A model generated the notes under the pieces. It saw only the letters and a program-made list of their open reading frames with translations. It made no database searches and was not told the DNA's origin. The position numbers and the translations under genes are program-made. From Podarcis bocagei (Eukaryota): a stretch of 64,000 nt of DNA. The stretch lies in the NCBI GenBank assembly GCA_964188305.1, contig OZ076893.1; one strand, written 5' to 3'. Of the stretch, positions 36,745 through 49,902 are shown one piece after another. Every line of letters starts with the position of its first letter. The stretch's first letter is position 1.

Positions 36745-38060
36745 TATATACACAATGTTATTCAATATACTGAGAGCTTCTATACATTCAAGTGTTTCCA
36801 AGTGGATTTGAATATCAGAGGGAGGCCCATAACTATTTACAGCTGCACAGCTGTGATCTGACCATGAAGGAAATGAGGAAAAGTCCTTTCTCCTGTGGTT
36901 TCTATAAGCATCTAGGCAACAGGAGTTGCACTCTGGTCAGTGCTACACATTCAGGAGCTCCAAATCTCACACAGAGCTTCCAAATAAGCAAGGACACCTC
37001 AGTGTTAAGGTAGCTCCATACATATCTCCCTTGCGAAAGATTGAAATCATTGAGATACTATCAAAGTAGAAAACATCAGCTAGGCAGAAAAATATTTTGG
37101 TGGTGCCAAGGTCCCCTTAAGACAGATAGAAGTCACAGCATGACTTCCCATTGCCTTTAGGGTCCAAGGGGGAATTAATTCATGCCCCTGTACTAGACGT
37201 TCTGCTCTCTGCTAATCTTTCTGCAGAAGGACAAAACACTAGGACCAATCTTTGCCACAGCTTCATCTTAGTCCAAAATAAGGCAGCAGGAACTGGGGGA
37301 GACAGAGCAGCAGGGAACTGGAGGAAGGTAGAGCTAAATCTCCTTCCTCTTCTATCAGTGCTTGTTTGCCATGTTGAGGTAAACCCTGCTTAACTACCAA
37401 GAGCACTGAGGATTAAAACAATGCATTAACAAAAGTCACAGTTCATTTTAGAAGCAATCCATGCACAACACTTGCTTCGCACAAATAACATAATGCATAA
37501 AGCTAAACTGCTCTGAGAGTACGAAGCAGATTGTAGGTCTTCCGTCATCCTCCATTTCTGTCGCCAAACTCATACTGAAATTGTAACACTTTGTTTTCAG
37601 TGTTGTGACCCTAAATTCTTTTGTGCTAGGATTTCAAAAGTACGAGCACAGAAGTGAAGGGAGATAGAAAAATATGCAAATTCATTGAAAACTTTCAGTA
37701 CCTAGGTCTCTGAAGTTATTTGACATCACCTGTAAGATGTATATAAAACAATTAATTGCAGGCTAAATGAAAACAAATGACAAGTGAACGTGCACAGTAG
37801 AACCTGAAACCTCAGAGACTTGCTTCCCTTGACAGAGAAGATTTATAATAGTTGGGCAAACACAAAAGATACGGGTCTTAACCTGTGTGGAAGTGTACAT
37901 ATAAAGCCTTGAAATAGTAAACAGTCAACCCAACACTAAAAATTCCATGTGTGTAATATTTTTCACAAGGCCATTGGAAAACAAAGGAACACAACCAGTC
38001 ATACACAAATGCTATGAAAATAACAGGTTGATTATTCCCTTCCAGAATGAATATACCAAC

Positions 38061-38211
38061 CTATCTCCTTTGAAGAAGTAGGTTTTCCCAACGTCTTCCC
38101 ACCAAATTGCTGAATCAATACCATGGGGTGGAATCCCACTGCCCAATGTTATCAAATCGTGAGGATATCCTGGCTGGAGAGTAGTGTCCTTGAAGACCCA
38201 GAACTTGTTAC
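38061..38211 (-). CDS. MMP16: MMP16 coding exon, hemopexin domain (equivalent to exon 8), 151 bp
   Basis: Translates (G)NKFWVFKDTTLQPGYPHDLITLGSGIPPHGIDSAIWWEDVGKTYFFKGD(R). Acceptor ctctcag, donor gttggt. Phase 1 in, phase 2 out, in frame with the flanking exons. Confidence 0.97.
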
Positions 38212-41200
38212 CTGAGAGCAGAGGGAAGGGAGAAAGATCCACATTAGCTTCTTGTACTATCATTTGTTGATAAATGCATCCAACAGGCTCTTTCCCCCTC
38301 TTTCCCCAAGAAATGTGTAAGACATTAATTAGAAAAAAGAACACAACAGAAAACAATGGAGGTATCAACATATGAACCAATATCCAAACATTGGCTGTCA
38401 TTCCTCAGAATTCCAAATATGCTGCAGAATCAAAAATTCCAAATGGAGCAAGCCGCCACAATTTGTGCTGTGGCTCACCAAGCTGAATGCAGCTCATCAA
38501 CCATGAATGGTGGCCCACCAAGAGACCTAATATGCTGTAGGGCTGTAAAAATGGGTTGTGGTGAGCTGATGATTCATGGCTACTGGGCTGCTTTTGGTAG
38601 GTCATGAGAGGTGGAGGCCTGCTGTATTTGAATTCTGCAGCATGTTATGAGCTGCCATGGAGTGAAAGGCTTTGTCTGTGGTAAGATCAAGAAATGCCCA
38701 GGTTTAGCAAGCTGCTTGGGATACAGAAATGGAAAAGCTTCAGCTGATGCTGTAGTTCCTTAGAAGCAGGCTGTCAATTTGTAGTGCAGACGTGCTGCAA
38801 GACACCCTTAGGCACAGAAGCTAATGGGAAAGTGGATACATTTCTCAACACCAATCATTTTAGAAAATGACATGTACAAAAATGGAAACCCATATCCTTT
38901 CTTGTGCTTAACAAAGTATCCAGGCAGACTTGCCTCATGTACACATATCGGCCCTTAGGCACTGTGTTTGTTACAAACATTTTTAAAGGAAACTTTAGTT
39001 CACCCCAAAGATTGAGGATCAGGTCTGCGCTAGAGTCACTGTGATGGAAAAAACAGAGAGTTGTTTCACGGTTCGTTTTATAGTTATCCCTCAGCGGCAT
39101 TAAATAAGGGAAGTCTTAAAGAGTAATAAGAGGATGCAGGGGGGAAATCAGGAAATAGTTTGGTTTCTTCAGCCAGTATCTTTGAGATTTACAGCGTCTC
39201 CTTTTGTCACATTTTCTAATTAGGAAATGGGATACGGTTTCAATCCTTCCCATGCTCAACTTGCGAACTAAATCTTTCATCAGCTCCTTTGCAACTGCTT
39301 AACAATCCGCTTTCAAGCATGAGATTGCTCCTACACCTACATTTCAGATACATTCTTCTTATTCAAGAAAACATCCACATCATTCTATTGCCTCCTCAAT
39401 ATGCATCACTAGCAGTTGGGGTCATTACAACTTACCTGGATGGAAGTTGGGTAGGGCAGTGTGATGGTAAGGTCGGGACTATGAAGACACACCAGTGGGA
39501 AGGCAAGAGAGGTTCTGCCGGTGTGTCTTGGTAGCCCCAACCTCACTGCCCCACCCAGTGCCATACAGATAAGCTACTGAGAGCAGCACTGTGGCTCTGA
39601 TCTACCACACAAATGTGGCATACTGATATGCACCATTGTTTTGATGCTCTCCTCCCCAATGGAACACATCCAAGATATTCAGGATCCATTCGGGTGTTTT
39701 TAAACTGCATTCATAGTGAAGGGATGATGATGCACATGCTGCTTCTATCTCAAACCATGTCACAATGAGTGGAGAGAACTGAAGGGGGATTGTGAGTGTG
39801 TTTATCTGAATGTAAATACAATCCCTGTGATCAGGAACACTGTGTGAACAGGATTTTCGATCACAAGGAGGATTGCAATTATTCTGTCCAACATATATAT
39901 GACCCAATGAATCCAGCCTAGAGACCAGTGCCTCCTCAATAAGTGCCACTGCCCTCTCTCACTTTGTGTCCATCTGTGGGCCACTGTTGGCTTTCAGGTT
40001 CATGGCACCAGACTATTGCTTCATGGCATACAAGTTGCACAGACCTGTCTTACACTGTGTGACCATTTATTTAAGCAAGGCATGGTTTCCTGAACAATAA
40101 CTACAAAAGAACCTAACATTGCATAGGCAAATGGAACTACGAGTTATATTTGCCTATCAGATCCTACCCAGCTGATACCTTTTCCTCTGATATTTAGAAC
40201 TAAACAAATTTAAACTCTAGAAGCTATCTGGATATATGTTATTTGAGTCTCTTGGGCAATGGCAACAGTAATTATTTATATGCAAGATTTCTATTGGTTT
40301 CAGACTGATGGAGATGTATTATGCATGCAGAAGATGACGGGCTTATACTGCCACAGCTGTCATCATTATTTGTAGCATGCGCCGTATATAACAAACTCAA
40401 GATTTACATGACTGCAGGTTTTCTTTGAGAGAGAAAGTTTATTTTCTGATTCCTCAGCTCAAGGAGTTATATGAGAAAGCATCTGGATTTCAGTAGGAGA
40501 AGGAGGTCAGAGAGCTGCACATTTCAGGAGTTTCAGCAAAGAAACAGAACGAGAGCCTTCAATCTGAGAAGTGCATACTGAAAAGGAATTTAAGATAAGG
40601 AGCGGGCAAAAAAATTTTTTTTTAAAATTATCAAGTTGAAAAATTTACCTGTGGGGCTCAGTTCCAACGTTATCTATCACCCTTTGTGGTGAGCACAGTT
40701 TAGTTTAGTTAGGTGGGTGCTGAACAAGGCAGGCCATAATATTTGTGTTGTCTCTACCATGCATTTCAGCCCAAATGTGTGTACTGTCTCTCCCCCTCTC
40801 CCTACAGCCCTTATGTTGGAGGGGTAATATTTGATAAGTCCTCTAATGAACTCTCCAAACAGCATTGGATGAGTCACTATCACACCCTCTGTTGGGAATT
40901 TGTACAATGGGAATATCAATGCCCTTTATCTCAGGGCTTTAGAAAGGTTAAGTATGAGAGATTCTAAAGTGTTCCATCTGTATGTTAAAAGTGCTATAAA
41001 ATTAACATTGACATTTATATTTACCTCATGTAGCAAAGAGATTAAAAGTGTTAGCAGGGTACTGGAAAGTTGCTTATTTCAAATCTCAGAGCAGTCAGGA
41101 ATCATTAGGCAAGTTACTATCTCTGAGCCAAAGCAAATACTTCTTTAAATTTATTATTATTATTATTTGTTTTTATTACCCACCCTTCAAGAAGGTCCCA

Positions 41201-41504
41201 AGTTGGGTTACAGCATATAGAAACACAATGCAATTAAAACAATAAAAAACTAACCTAACCCATAACCCCCCAAACAATAATTCAGTACGACACATTACAA
41301 GGAGGGTACCATAGCCAAATCATTCAATTTTCAAAGAAAAGACAAATAAATCTGCTCTCTCAGAACCATTGAGCCTGGTTCCAAAAAGTCACAAGGAGCA
41401 TTGAAAATATGTCGAAAGAATTAAAAGACCTACTAGGTGTCTTCTTTGAATAAACAGTCTTGCTAACTGATCCATCCATGTGATTTCAAGGGCCTTCAAG
41501 AACT

Positions 41505-41568
41505 GCTTGGCAGGGGGTTGGACTCGATGGCCCTTGTGGTCTATTCCAACTCTATGATTCTATTCTAC
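41505..41568 (+). mobile_element. CR1 extreme 3' tail
   Basis: GGCAGGGGGTTGGACTCGATGGCCCTTGTGGTCTATTCCAACTCTATGATTCTATTCTA. Confidence 0.8.
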
Positions 41569-44121
41569 TCCTTTGTAGCAGGTGCAGATGCTAATCTTTC
41601 GGTTAAACTCTTTTACAGTGTTGCAAATATTGCATAACAATGCATGCAGGCAACAGGGGTTGTTTTTTTCTGGCCAGCCTTCCTATTAAGCTGTTCTATG
41701 GCACAGAGAGAACAGGTGAGAAGCTGGGCTGCAATTGTCTGTTGCTGTTTTGCATTTATCTACAAGACTTCACTTGATCCTCAAGCTCATCCTATCTGTA
41801 TCACATATCCATTTTGCTTTCAGCCAGCCTTCTCCTTACACTTGCTTCACTTAAATAAAATAAAATCCCTGAATTTCTATGCAGGCAGTGTTACTTGCTT
41901 CTTACCCATATCCTGCCAGTAAATTTTAGCTTTCAAAATGAAGCTGTCAAATAGTGGGATGAGTGGTGTTGAAAGTTATGGCAGCACCAGTGTGAATTTT
42001 ACAACAACTTTGCTACTGCTGCATTTGGGCTTGGCACAAGTTTTAGCGCTGCCGATGCCTTTGACAGTTAGCTTTTAGCACTGCTTAAATTTCTTGTCAC
42101 ACTAGGAAGAATTTCACAATCTGCATCCCTGCCAGTTAAAAAATATTTACAGACTTATCCGGCATTTCCTCATTACCTATCCTACAGGAAAACCACTATG
42201 GAATGCTATGAAAGAATATTGCTATATTTTAATTAGGTGTTCATGCTATATTACCAAACAGCAAAGTTTCTGTACATTCTGAGCCGTTATGCAGAAGATT
42301 AAGTACATATCTAAGCACTAAATAGATAAATAAAGATGGGTTTTATGCTATTCGTTTCATTTTTTCACTCAACTATCAACTTAAAATGATATTTTACACT
42401 TCCATTTGGGATAGTAAAATGCTATTTTCAATCGATATTTGAATGGCCATACAGCACTTTAATGAAATCCAGCCAAGATTTCATAGAAGGAAGATACATT
42501 TCAAAATAGGTATATTTTGAATATACCAACTGTACTAAAGAGATAGGGTTTCCTTCTGGCCTCACCTGCGACTGGTGTGTGGCCTTCTGAAAGTTGACCC
42601 ATGTTTGAGGGGGTCTGGGGCCATGCAATGTCACCGCACCATGCATGCACACCCCACAGCATGATCATGGTGTGTGTGCATGCCCCACGGCATGCTGACG
42701 TCACTCATACACACCACGGGGAGGGGGGGCTGACATGTCATGCAGATGTCCCATGGAGTGCATGTGCAAAGCTTTGGAGGAGCCTTGACTCCCTACCCCC
42801 CTATTTGGCACCGGTGCCAGCTAGCCTGTCCCAACTCACCCTTCTTCTACGCATTCAATGTATGTGGCTATACAGTCTTAACAGGGGTCTTCAGGCAGAT
42901 TTTATCATTATACAACTCTAATCACTGATGTGTGAATTAAAAACAACAACAACTCTCAGTTGTCAGATGAATTTTAATTCATTGACCTTCCTCTGTAAAA
43001 TAGAACATTATTAGGAGTATAGATGAAATGAATCCCGCATGAGCCAATTATCCTTTTTTTCTTTTTTCTTTTGGTACACAGGGCAAGAAAAGAATAAAAG
43101 TGCTAGAATGTCTAAGATTTCCCATTCACTGTATTATGAAACAATATTTGAACCATATATTTTAAAAGCTTCATGTTCTTGAGAAATTTCTGAAACTGAT
43201 TTTAAAAAAATAAATAGGGGTCAGCTGAGAAAAGCCAGAAACATTGACTCTGCCCATTGGCTCTCTCCCACACAGGCAAGGCATAGCCTTTTGAAGATCC
43301 TCTCCTTCAGCCTCAATGGTGAAAGAGGCTTGGCAAAGCTCTCCCCTTTGGCATGGCATTACAAGAGTTTAAATGGCCCTTTGGCCGGGTCTTGGCTTAA
43401 GAGAAAACGGCTTAGGATTCCATAGGCCTAATTTGAGCAACAAATTCCAAAAGGGGAATGTAGAATCCAAATGAAATTAAAATAACTAAATAGAAGTCAC
43501 ATGCAATCACAGACTGAACAGACAGCAAGGCTGTGACAGGGTGAAGACAGACAGACTTTCTGTGTGTGGTAGAATTGGTTTCGACACTGACCTGAGCAAG
43601 TGGTGCTCAACCAGAAGGATAAAAAGCGACCCAGGAAAGACAAGGCACCATACTCCATGAAGAAAGCCAACCATGAGGATTTCACAGCCTATACTGGCCT
43701 CTTATTGAGCCTTCCCACAGAAATTAGTAGCTCCTCCCATCCCCATTGATAATCATTTATTTTGTTTGCATTGGCTCAAAGAGAGTCTAGTTGAAAGAAC
43801 AGTGCCTCAGGATATGGACTTTGAGGCAGTAAATTATGGGAGGGAGAGCATTTAATGTTCCTATCACACATGTTCTTTTGCCATTTAAATTGGTCTCCTC
43901 AGATTCAGGTTAGGACAGATTCAGTTTGAAAAACAGACTCTCCTTTGTTGTGTCTCATTTTGCCCTGGGACCATATTGTCCCAAAGTTCTGGGAAGGGGG
44001 TCAGATGATGCTCCTTCCCTTTGAAGATTTTCCTAAATAGCCCCAAGTGCTGTGCTGCCACAGGCAGTCACCTATACTGTCTAGCATGCTGGATGTCTAG
44101 CATGGAAATGTGACCATGTGG

Positions 44122-44266
44122 TAGAATCATAGAATTGTAGAGTTGGAAGGAGCCATGAGGGTCATATAGTCCAACCCGCTGCAATGCAGCAATTTTCCCC
44201 CAATGTGGGGCTCGAACACACAAGCCTGAAATTAAGAGCCTGATGCTCTGCCAACTGAGCTATCCC
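44122..44266 (-). mobile_element. tRNA-Lys(CTT)-headed, CR1-tailed SINE
   Basis: Minus strand GGATAGCTCAGTTGGCAGAGCATCAGGCTCTTAATTTCAGG...GTTCGAGCCCCACATTGGG, followed by the CR1 3' end TTCCAACTCTACAATTCTATGATTCTA. Confidence 0.85.
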
Positions 44267-47200
44267 AATGTTTAAGATTGGATTCATAAATTTGCCCCTG
44301 CAAGTCTGAATTTCCAGCAACAGTATTGCATTGCATGTTAGTCTGTGACGGAGAACTTACCACAGATATAGGACAGTGGGTTAGCTATATCAAATGAAAG
44401 AAGGGTGGTAGGAATGTAATGCATATCCACAAAAAACCAGCTGTGCCAATGGGAACTGACATTTCCTTCACTAAGTGATTTTCATAGGACCCATAATTTG
44501 TTATGTAAGGGACTTTCTTAAGAAAGAATGCGGACAAAATATGTTTGCCATATTATAATAAAGGCAGTTGTTTCAAAGTTGCTTAAGGGTTCAAAGTAAA
44601 ACTAATCTTCTAGAGAAGGATTAGAGGACAACATGCTTTTGAGAGGTGTAAAATGATTAGATAAATCTAAAAGAAAAATGGTTCTGCAGACTCATCTTAC
44701 TCTGAGATTTCATTACATGGTAATAAAACACGATTGAATTCTGTGGTTTGCATGCAGTAATATAAACATAACACATGGGGAGGAAAATATTCGGGCCTTT
44801 TCAGAAGATTAAAAATGTTTTTGTCTGCCGTGTGTGTCTGCTGGCTCTTACAACAGATGCCAATAGTCCATATTACAAAAGCAGTGAACATGACAACAAA
44901 TTGGCAGTGTTTACTTAGGAGTAAGCAACATATAGTTAAATGGTGATTACTCCCAAGAAAAGTGTGCATGGGACTGGTGACCAAGACTCATTATTTCTAT
45001 TTCAGAGCATAGGAGAAAAATGGAGTTGGGCTACAGTAAATGGTTTTTCTTCATCAGGCCATCTATCAATCACTGTGAAAGAATATTCAAAGTCTGAGCT
45101 AATGGTCCTTAGCAAACAGGAAGAATGCAGCTTTCATCATACATATGAAGATACATTGAGTTGGTCAATTATGTTCTACTCAGAGTACTCACTGAAATTA
45201 ATGTACCTAAGTCAGTCATCTTTATTCATTTCAATGAATTAATTAATTCCAAGTATGACTAACATGGGCTACAACCTAACTCACTTATGGACACTATTGG
45301 GGCACTTCCCTGTCCCCTAAAACACTGAAGTTTCAAGTATGAACACTAGAAATCAATTAGACAGAAATTCTCCACACACTCTTAACATCTAGAAAGTCAA
45401 GTGAAGACATCCTTGAAACATACTACATGAAAGCAGGAGCTGTCCTCTTCACATGCCTGAACCAGACCCAGCTTGGAATGGGGGTGGGTGGGAATGTCAG
45501 AAAACAATATAAAATCTATATATGCAGAATGCAAACTTACTAGTATTATAAATGCACTGAAATAAAAATGCATGTCTTTGTGTCTTTGTAAAATGATGCC
45601 AACAGTATGTCTGCTTAAAACTCCAAACTCACGATGCATTAACATTCTCTCTAGTGGTTTGACTTTTGCTGCTAGTGCTCACATTTCCTCTCTTTCTAGT
45701 GGTTTCACTTCCATTGCTTATGTTTACTAAACTGGTGTGTGAGTGGGAAGCCTGTGGTCTCTTGATATACTGGGCCACAACTCCCAACTTCCCTAATTAC
45801 TGGTTATGCTGATTGAGGCTCATAGGAGTTGGAGTCCAGCAATATCTGAAGGGCCATAGTTTCCCCGCCCCTGATGCAACTAAGCAATGGATTACTATGT
45901 GCATGAATGATGGCATTTATGAGAACAGTCAGCAGGGAATGGTGGTGGCCTCACAAGGCCTCGATCCTGGCCAATTGCTGGTTAACTCAATCACCTCCCA
46001 AAAGAGACAGCTATAGCTATACCTGGAAACCCACCATTTTGTATCCACCCTCCAAACTTTGATTATTTTCTCCCAAGGAGCTGCTACGGTAAAAAAGAAA
46101 GGAAGCAGAAAGAGAAGTTGACGTGCCTAGCTCTGGCCACAACAGCAACAACTGCAACTTACCTCAGACAAAGGGGAAGACACTGAGGAAGCTATTGAGA
46201 GAAAGGGGAAAAGGAAAGCAGTTTCAGGGGAGAGCTATAAAGCGGTGACAGAGCAAGAAGTATTGGGGTCTAGAAAGAAACAACAGAGCTGGGAATGGGA
46301 GAAAGAATCAAAGAAAGAAAGCCACGGAGTTGGGGTGCAGGAGAAGTATGGTGGGGTGGGAACGGGGTGTTTCTGAATACCAGTCTCTGGGGAACACAAG
46401 TGGGAGAGTGCTACTGTGCTCATGTGCTGGTTATGGGCTACCATTATGTATCTGTCTGGCCACTGTGTGAACAGAATAGGCTCTGCAAGGCCTACATACT
46501 CAGCATGCCCACAGCAGGTATGGTAAACTTAATGCACACAACAGAGCAGCCATTTTGAATTAAGATGGACGATACTATGCCATGTTTGTATCATGCTTGT
46601 GGTCTGATCCAGCAACCCTCTTCTTAACCTCTTTACTACAGGTTTTAAAGGTCCCTGATGGTGTTTCATCTACCCTCCTCACAAACCTTTTGAGCTACAA
46701 TATTTTTCAGTCCTTATTAACTACACAGTTAAATTTCAGCATTTTCATCTGATTCCCTTATTGTTGTTAATGCAAAAAATGCTCATTTAACAAATCTCAC
46801 TCTATAAATAATCATATCCTACACGGATTTTCACTCCCAATGAGCAGGTTGCAATGATAAACTAGTATTTATTCAACATACAGTATAATTTTCACATTAC
46901 ACCCAAATTAGATGCATATTTAAGACCTTTAATTTTAAGGAACAGCTGATGCCTGGTGCAAAAAAGGGGGGGAAACACACCAAAAAATGGGGAGGGGGCC
47001 ACAGGCTGTTGAAAACCAGTTAATTCCACATGCCACATTTTCTGGGCTTTATGCAATTTTTAATTATGACGAATATTTGTATAAAAGCAGGAACTTTATT
47101 AATAATTCATTTCCCACCTGAACACTGTAATGTCACTGTATTGGGAAGAAATAAATTATAATATAACACAGGTGACATGATAAGCAAGATAAACAACTGA

Positions 47201-47411
47201 TGCTTAAAATAAGTAACTCTGATTAGAAGGGGGGAAAGGAAAATTAGAGAGGAGAAGTGTATCTTTCTATAGTTCATGCTATTTAAAGCACAAAAATTGC
47301 ACAACCGGCAGCACAGTCCCATGCATATTAATCCAGAATTGATTCCCGCTATGATCAGTGGAGCTTATTCACGAGTAAAGGTGCATAATATTGCAGGCTG
47401 AAAACAGGGTA

Positions 47412-47670
47412 CCGTATTTTTCGCTCTATAGGACGCACCAGACCACAAGACGCACCTAGTTTTTGGAGGAGAAAAACAAGAAAAAAAATATTCTGAATCT
47501 CAGAAGCCAGAACAGCAAGAGGGATCGCTACGCAGGGAAAGCAGCTATCCCTCTTGCTGTTCTGGCTTCTGGGATAGCTGTGCAGGCTGCATTCGCTCCA
47601 TAAGACGCACACACATTTCCGCTTACTTTATAGGAGGGGAAAAGTGAGTCTTATAGAGCAAAAAATACGG
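47412..47670. mobile_element. Tc2-type MITE of the same terminal family, single-hairpin core
   Basis: TA|CCGTATTTTTCGCTCTATAGGAC...GTCTTATAGAGCAAAAAATACGG|TA. Confidence 0.9.
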
Positions 47671-47779
47671 TAGTTTACACTGGTGGTAGGGGAGATACAA
47701 TTTAGCTATGATAACTATAAAACAATGAACAGCAATGTAGGAAAATTCAAGTAGCACAAAGCCCATAAAAGAATAAAAA

Positions 47780-48070
47780 GTTTGGGAAAATAAAAAGATT
47801 TTTGCCAGAATGATAGCAAAGTGGGTACCAAGCAAGATGCTCTGAGGAGAATGTTTTAAAATTGTAGTTTGACAACTAAGAAGACTCTCTCCATGGTAGC
47901 TCCCTGCCTTACCTGAGATATGGAAGGGGGCACACATAGAAATCCCTCTATTGAATTTCTTAAGAGTATGGGAAGGTATGTATGGAGATAGGCAGTCCTT
48001 CAAGTGCCCTGTTTCTAAGGTGTGATGGTCAAAAACTGTTGCTTTGAATTGAGTCCAGAAGCAGACCAGG
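47780..48070 (-). mobile_element. Old L2 ORF2 3' fragment
   Basis: KDCLSPYIPSHTLK resembles L2 LKDRLSPY.P.R.LRS. Confidence 0.55.
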
Positions 48071-48540
48071 AGCTACAGATACAGCACAGACACAATAGGA
48101 CCATAGTGACTAGTTTCAGTAATCTGGCAGCCATATACTGAAGTAATTCTAGTTTCCAAACCTTTGAAGATACTCCCATTGTGTCAGAATTCTAGTCTAA
48201 CCCGAAAGTTACTAGCGATGTCACTCATAACTTCAGAAACCCTTTCTCCAAGTGGGATACCTTCCTGATAAGGTCCCAGATGAATACAGAGAAATCTGTG
48301 GGGGGATCTTGGCTATAGCTTCCCCAGTTGCAGTGGGCAGCATTTCGTAGGAAGACTCGGCTACTGTCTTAACTCTGATTTGAAGAGCACTTTATCTAGG
48401 AGTGTAAGCAAGTTATATTCCAAAAATTGCTTCTGTAGTTGGTCATCCTGATTTCCATGCAATAGCTCTCCAAATGCAACATGTTAGCAAGTTTCTTAAA
48501 TGAATTTTTACTCGGCTCTTCATGTAATTTCACTTCTTAC

Positions 48541-48679
48541 CTTTAAAGAAAACAAAATTCCCGTCACTGTTTTCATAAACTGCATCGATACTTGGTGGCA
48601 GCCCCCTCCAGAAGTAGGTAATCTGCATGGGGTATCCATCCATCACTCGGTTGTTTCTGACACGCCAAAACCACTGATC
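48541..48679 (-). CDS. MMP16: MMP16 (MT3-MMP) internal coding exon, hemopexin domain (equivalent to human exon 7), 139 bp
   Basis: Translates [47 protein letters not shown], matching MMP16 as recalled. Acceptor tttccag precedes 48679 and donor gtaag follows 48541. Phase 0 in, phase 1 out. Confidence 0.97.
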
Positions 48680-48981
48680 CTGGAAACAAACAAATGTACC
48701 TCTTATAACATTTGAAGGCACCACCGTTTCAAAGATACAGAATGTTACTTAGCCTTACCTGCGGACAACTATTTTTAAAATATATTTCTGTATTTCAGCA
48801 TGTGTTTTAATCAGCACTGGCCTATTAAATGCAGTGGAGAACTCAGGGATGCACTGGTGCCCCAGTGGCAGCACCAGATTGGCTCTGCCATTGTGTCTGT
48901 ACAGCCCAAACATTGCCTTGCCCACCACCCACATTTCAGTAAACAGCATTGCCAATGCTAAGAAGCTTTGACCTCTATATA

Positions 48982-49332
48982 AAGGTAAAGGGACCCCTGA
49001 CCATTAGGTCCAGTCGTGGCCAACTCTGGGGTTGCAGCACTCATCTCGCTTTATTGGCCGAGGGAGCCAGTGTACAGCTTCCGGGTCGTGTGGCCAGCAT
49101 GAATAAGCCGCTTCTGGCGAACCAAAGTAGCACACGAAAACGCCGTTTACCTTCCCGCCGGAGCGGTACCTATTTATCTATTTGCACTTTGACGTGCTTT
49201 CGAACTGCTAGGTGGGCAGGAGCTGGGGCCGAGCAACAGGAGCTCACCCCATTGCGGGGATTCGAGCCGCCGACCTTCTGATCGGCAAGTCCTAGGCTCT
49301 GTGATTTAACCCACAGCGCCACCCGCGTACCA
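48982..49332 (-). mobile_element. Full-length Sauria SINE with TSD, 300 bp from the exon-7 acceptor
   Basis: tRNA head with A/B boxes, conserved body and ACCTTT tail. TSD ACCTCTATATA (48971-48981) / ACCTTTATATA (49333-49343). Confidence 0.94.
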
Positions 49333-49864
49333 ACCTTTATATAGACATGTCTATATTACATAGTGTCTAATCATGGCAATCCTAGGAATAAGCCATATCC
49401 CCCCCTTCATTTTTTAAAAAGGTGGATGGTACATCAAGACTGGCATCAGAAATACACTGTTTTCCATGCATACATTTTTGAATGGTATTTAAACAAAATG
49501 CCTCCGCTTAAGGCCCAAATTGAACCTACGGAAACAGACAACGCTAAATAAGGATAGTGAGCAAAAAAGATATGCTGGCTGAGAATTGTACTCCAAAACA
49601 ATGGGAGGGCACCAGGTTGGTGAAGATTAGTCTGGGAGAAAGATGGTCTAAGAGAACACACTACAAGTTGCCGCAATATATTAATATCCAATGAATGAAT
49701 GGCCATTGCTGACCTGATGTTTTCATAAAACAACCCTCGTGCCAACTACAGTGTTAATGGGGAAGCTGCCATAGTGTCATCAGTTGTTTCCCTCTTTTTC
49801 TCTTTCTTCAAAGTTTTTGGGAAAACAATGTATACATGTGTACAGGTATTAGAGGTTACCGTGT

Positions 49865-49866
<2 letters not shown>

Positions 49867-49901
<35 letters not shown>
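49867..49901. repeat. (AC)n microsatellite
   Basis: Seen directly. Confidence 0.98.

Positions 49902-49902
<1 letters not shown>

Noticed and set aside
44196-44266. tRNA-Lys(CTT)-like sequence
   Set aside because: Stems are mismatched and it is fused to a CR1 tail, so it is a SINE head, not a tRNA gene.
48530-48540. Read-through of exon 7 to a stop (FFKGKK*), which could give a soluble MT3-MMP isoform; similarly exon 8 read-through to 38012
   Set aside because: Donor sites are canonical, and an early intronic stop is expected by chance. There is no sequence evidence for use without transcript data.
21851-48679. Alternative identity as MMP14, MMP15 or MMP24
   Set aside because: The peptides [29 protein letters not shown] and DNTASTVKAIAIVIPCILALC are characteristic of MMP16 as recalled.
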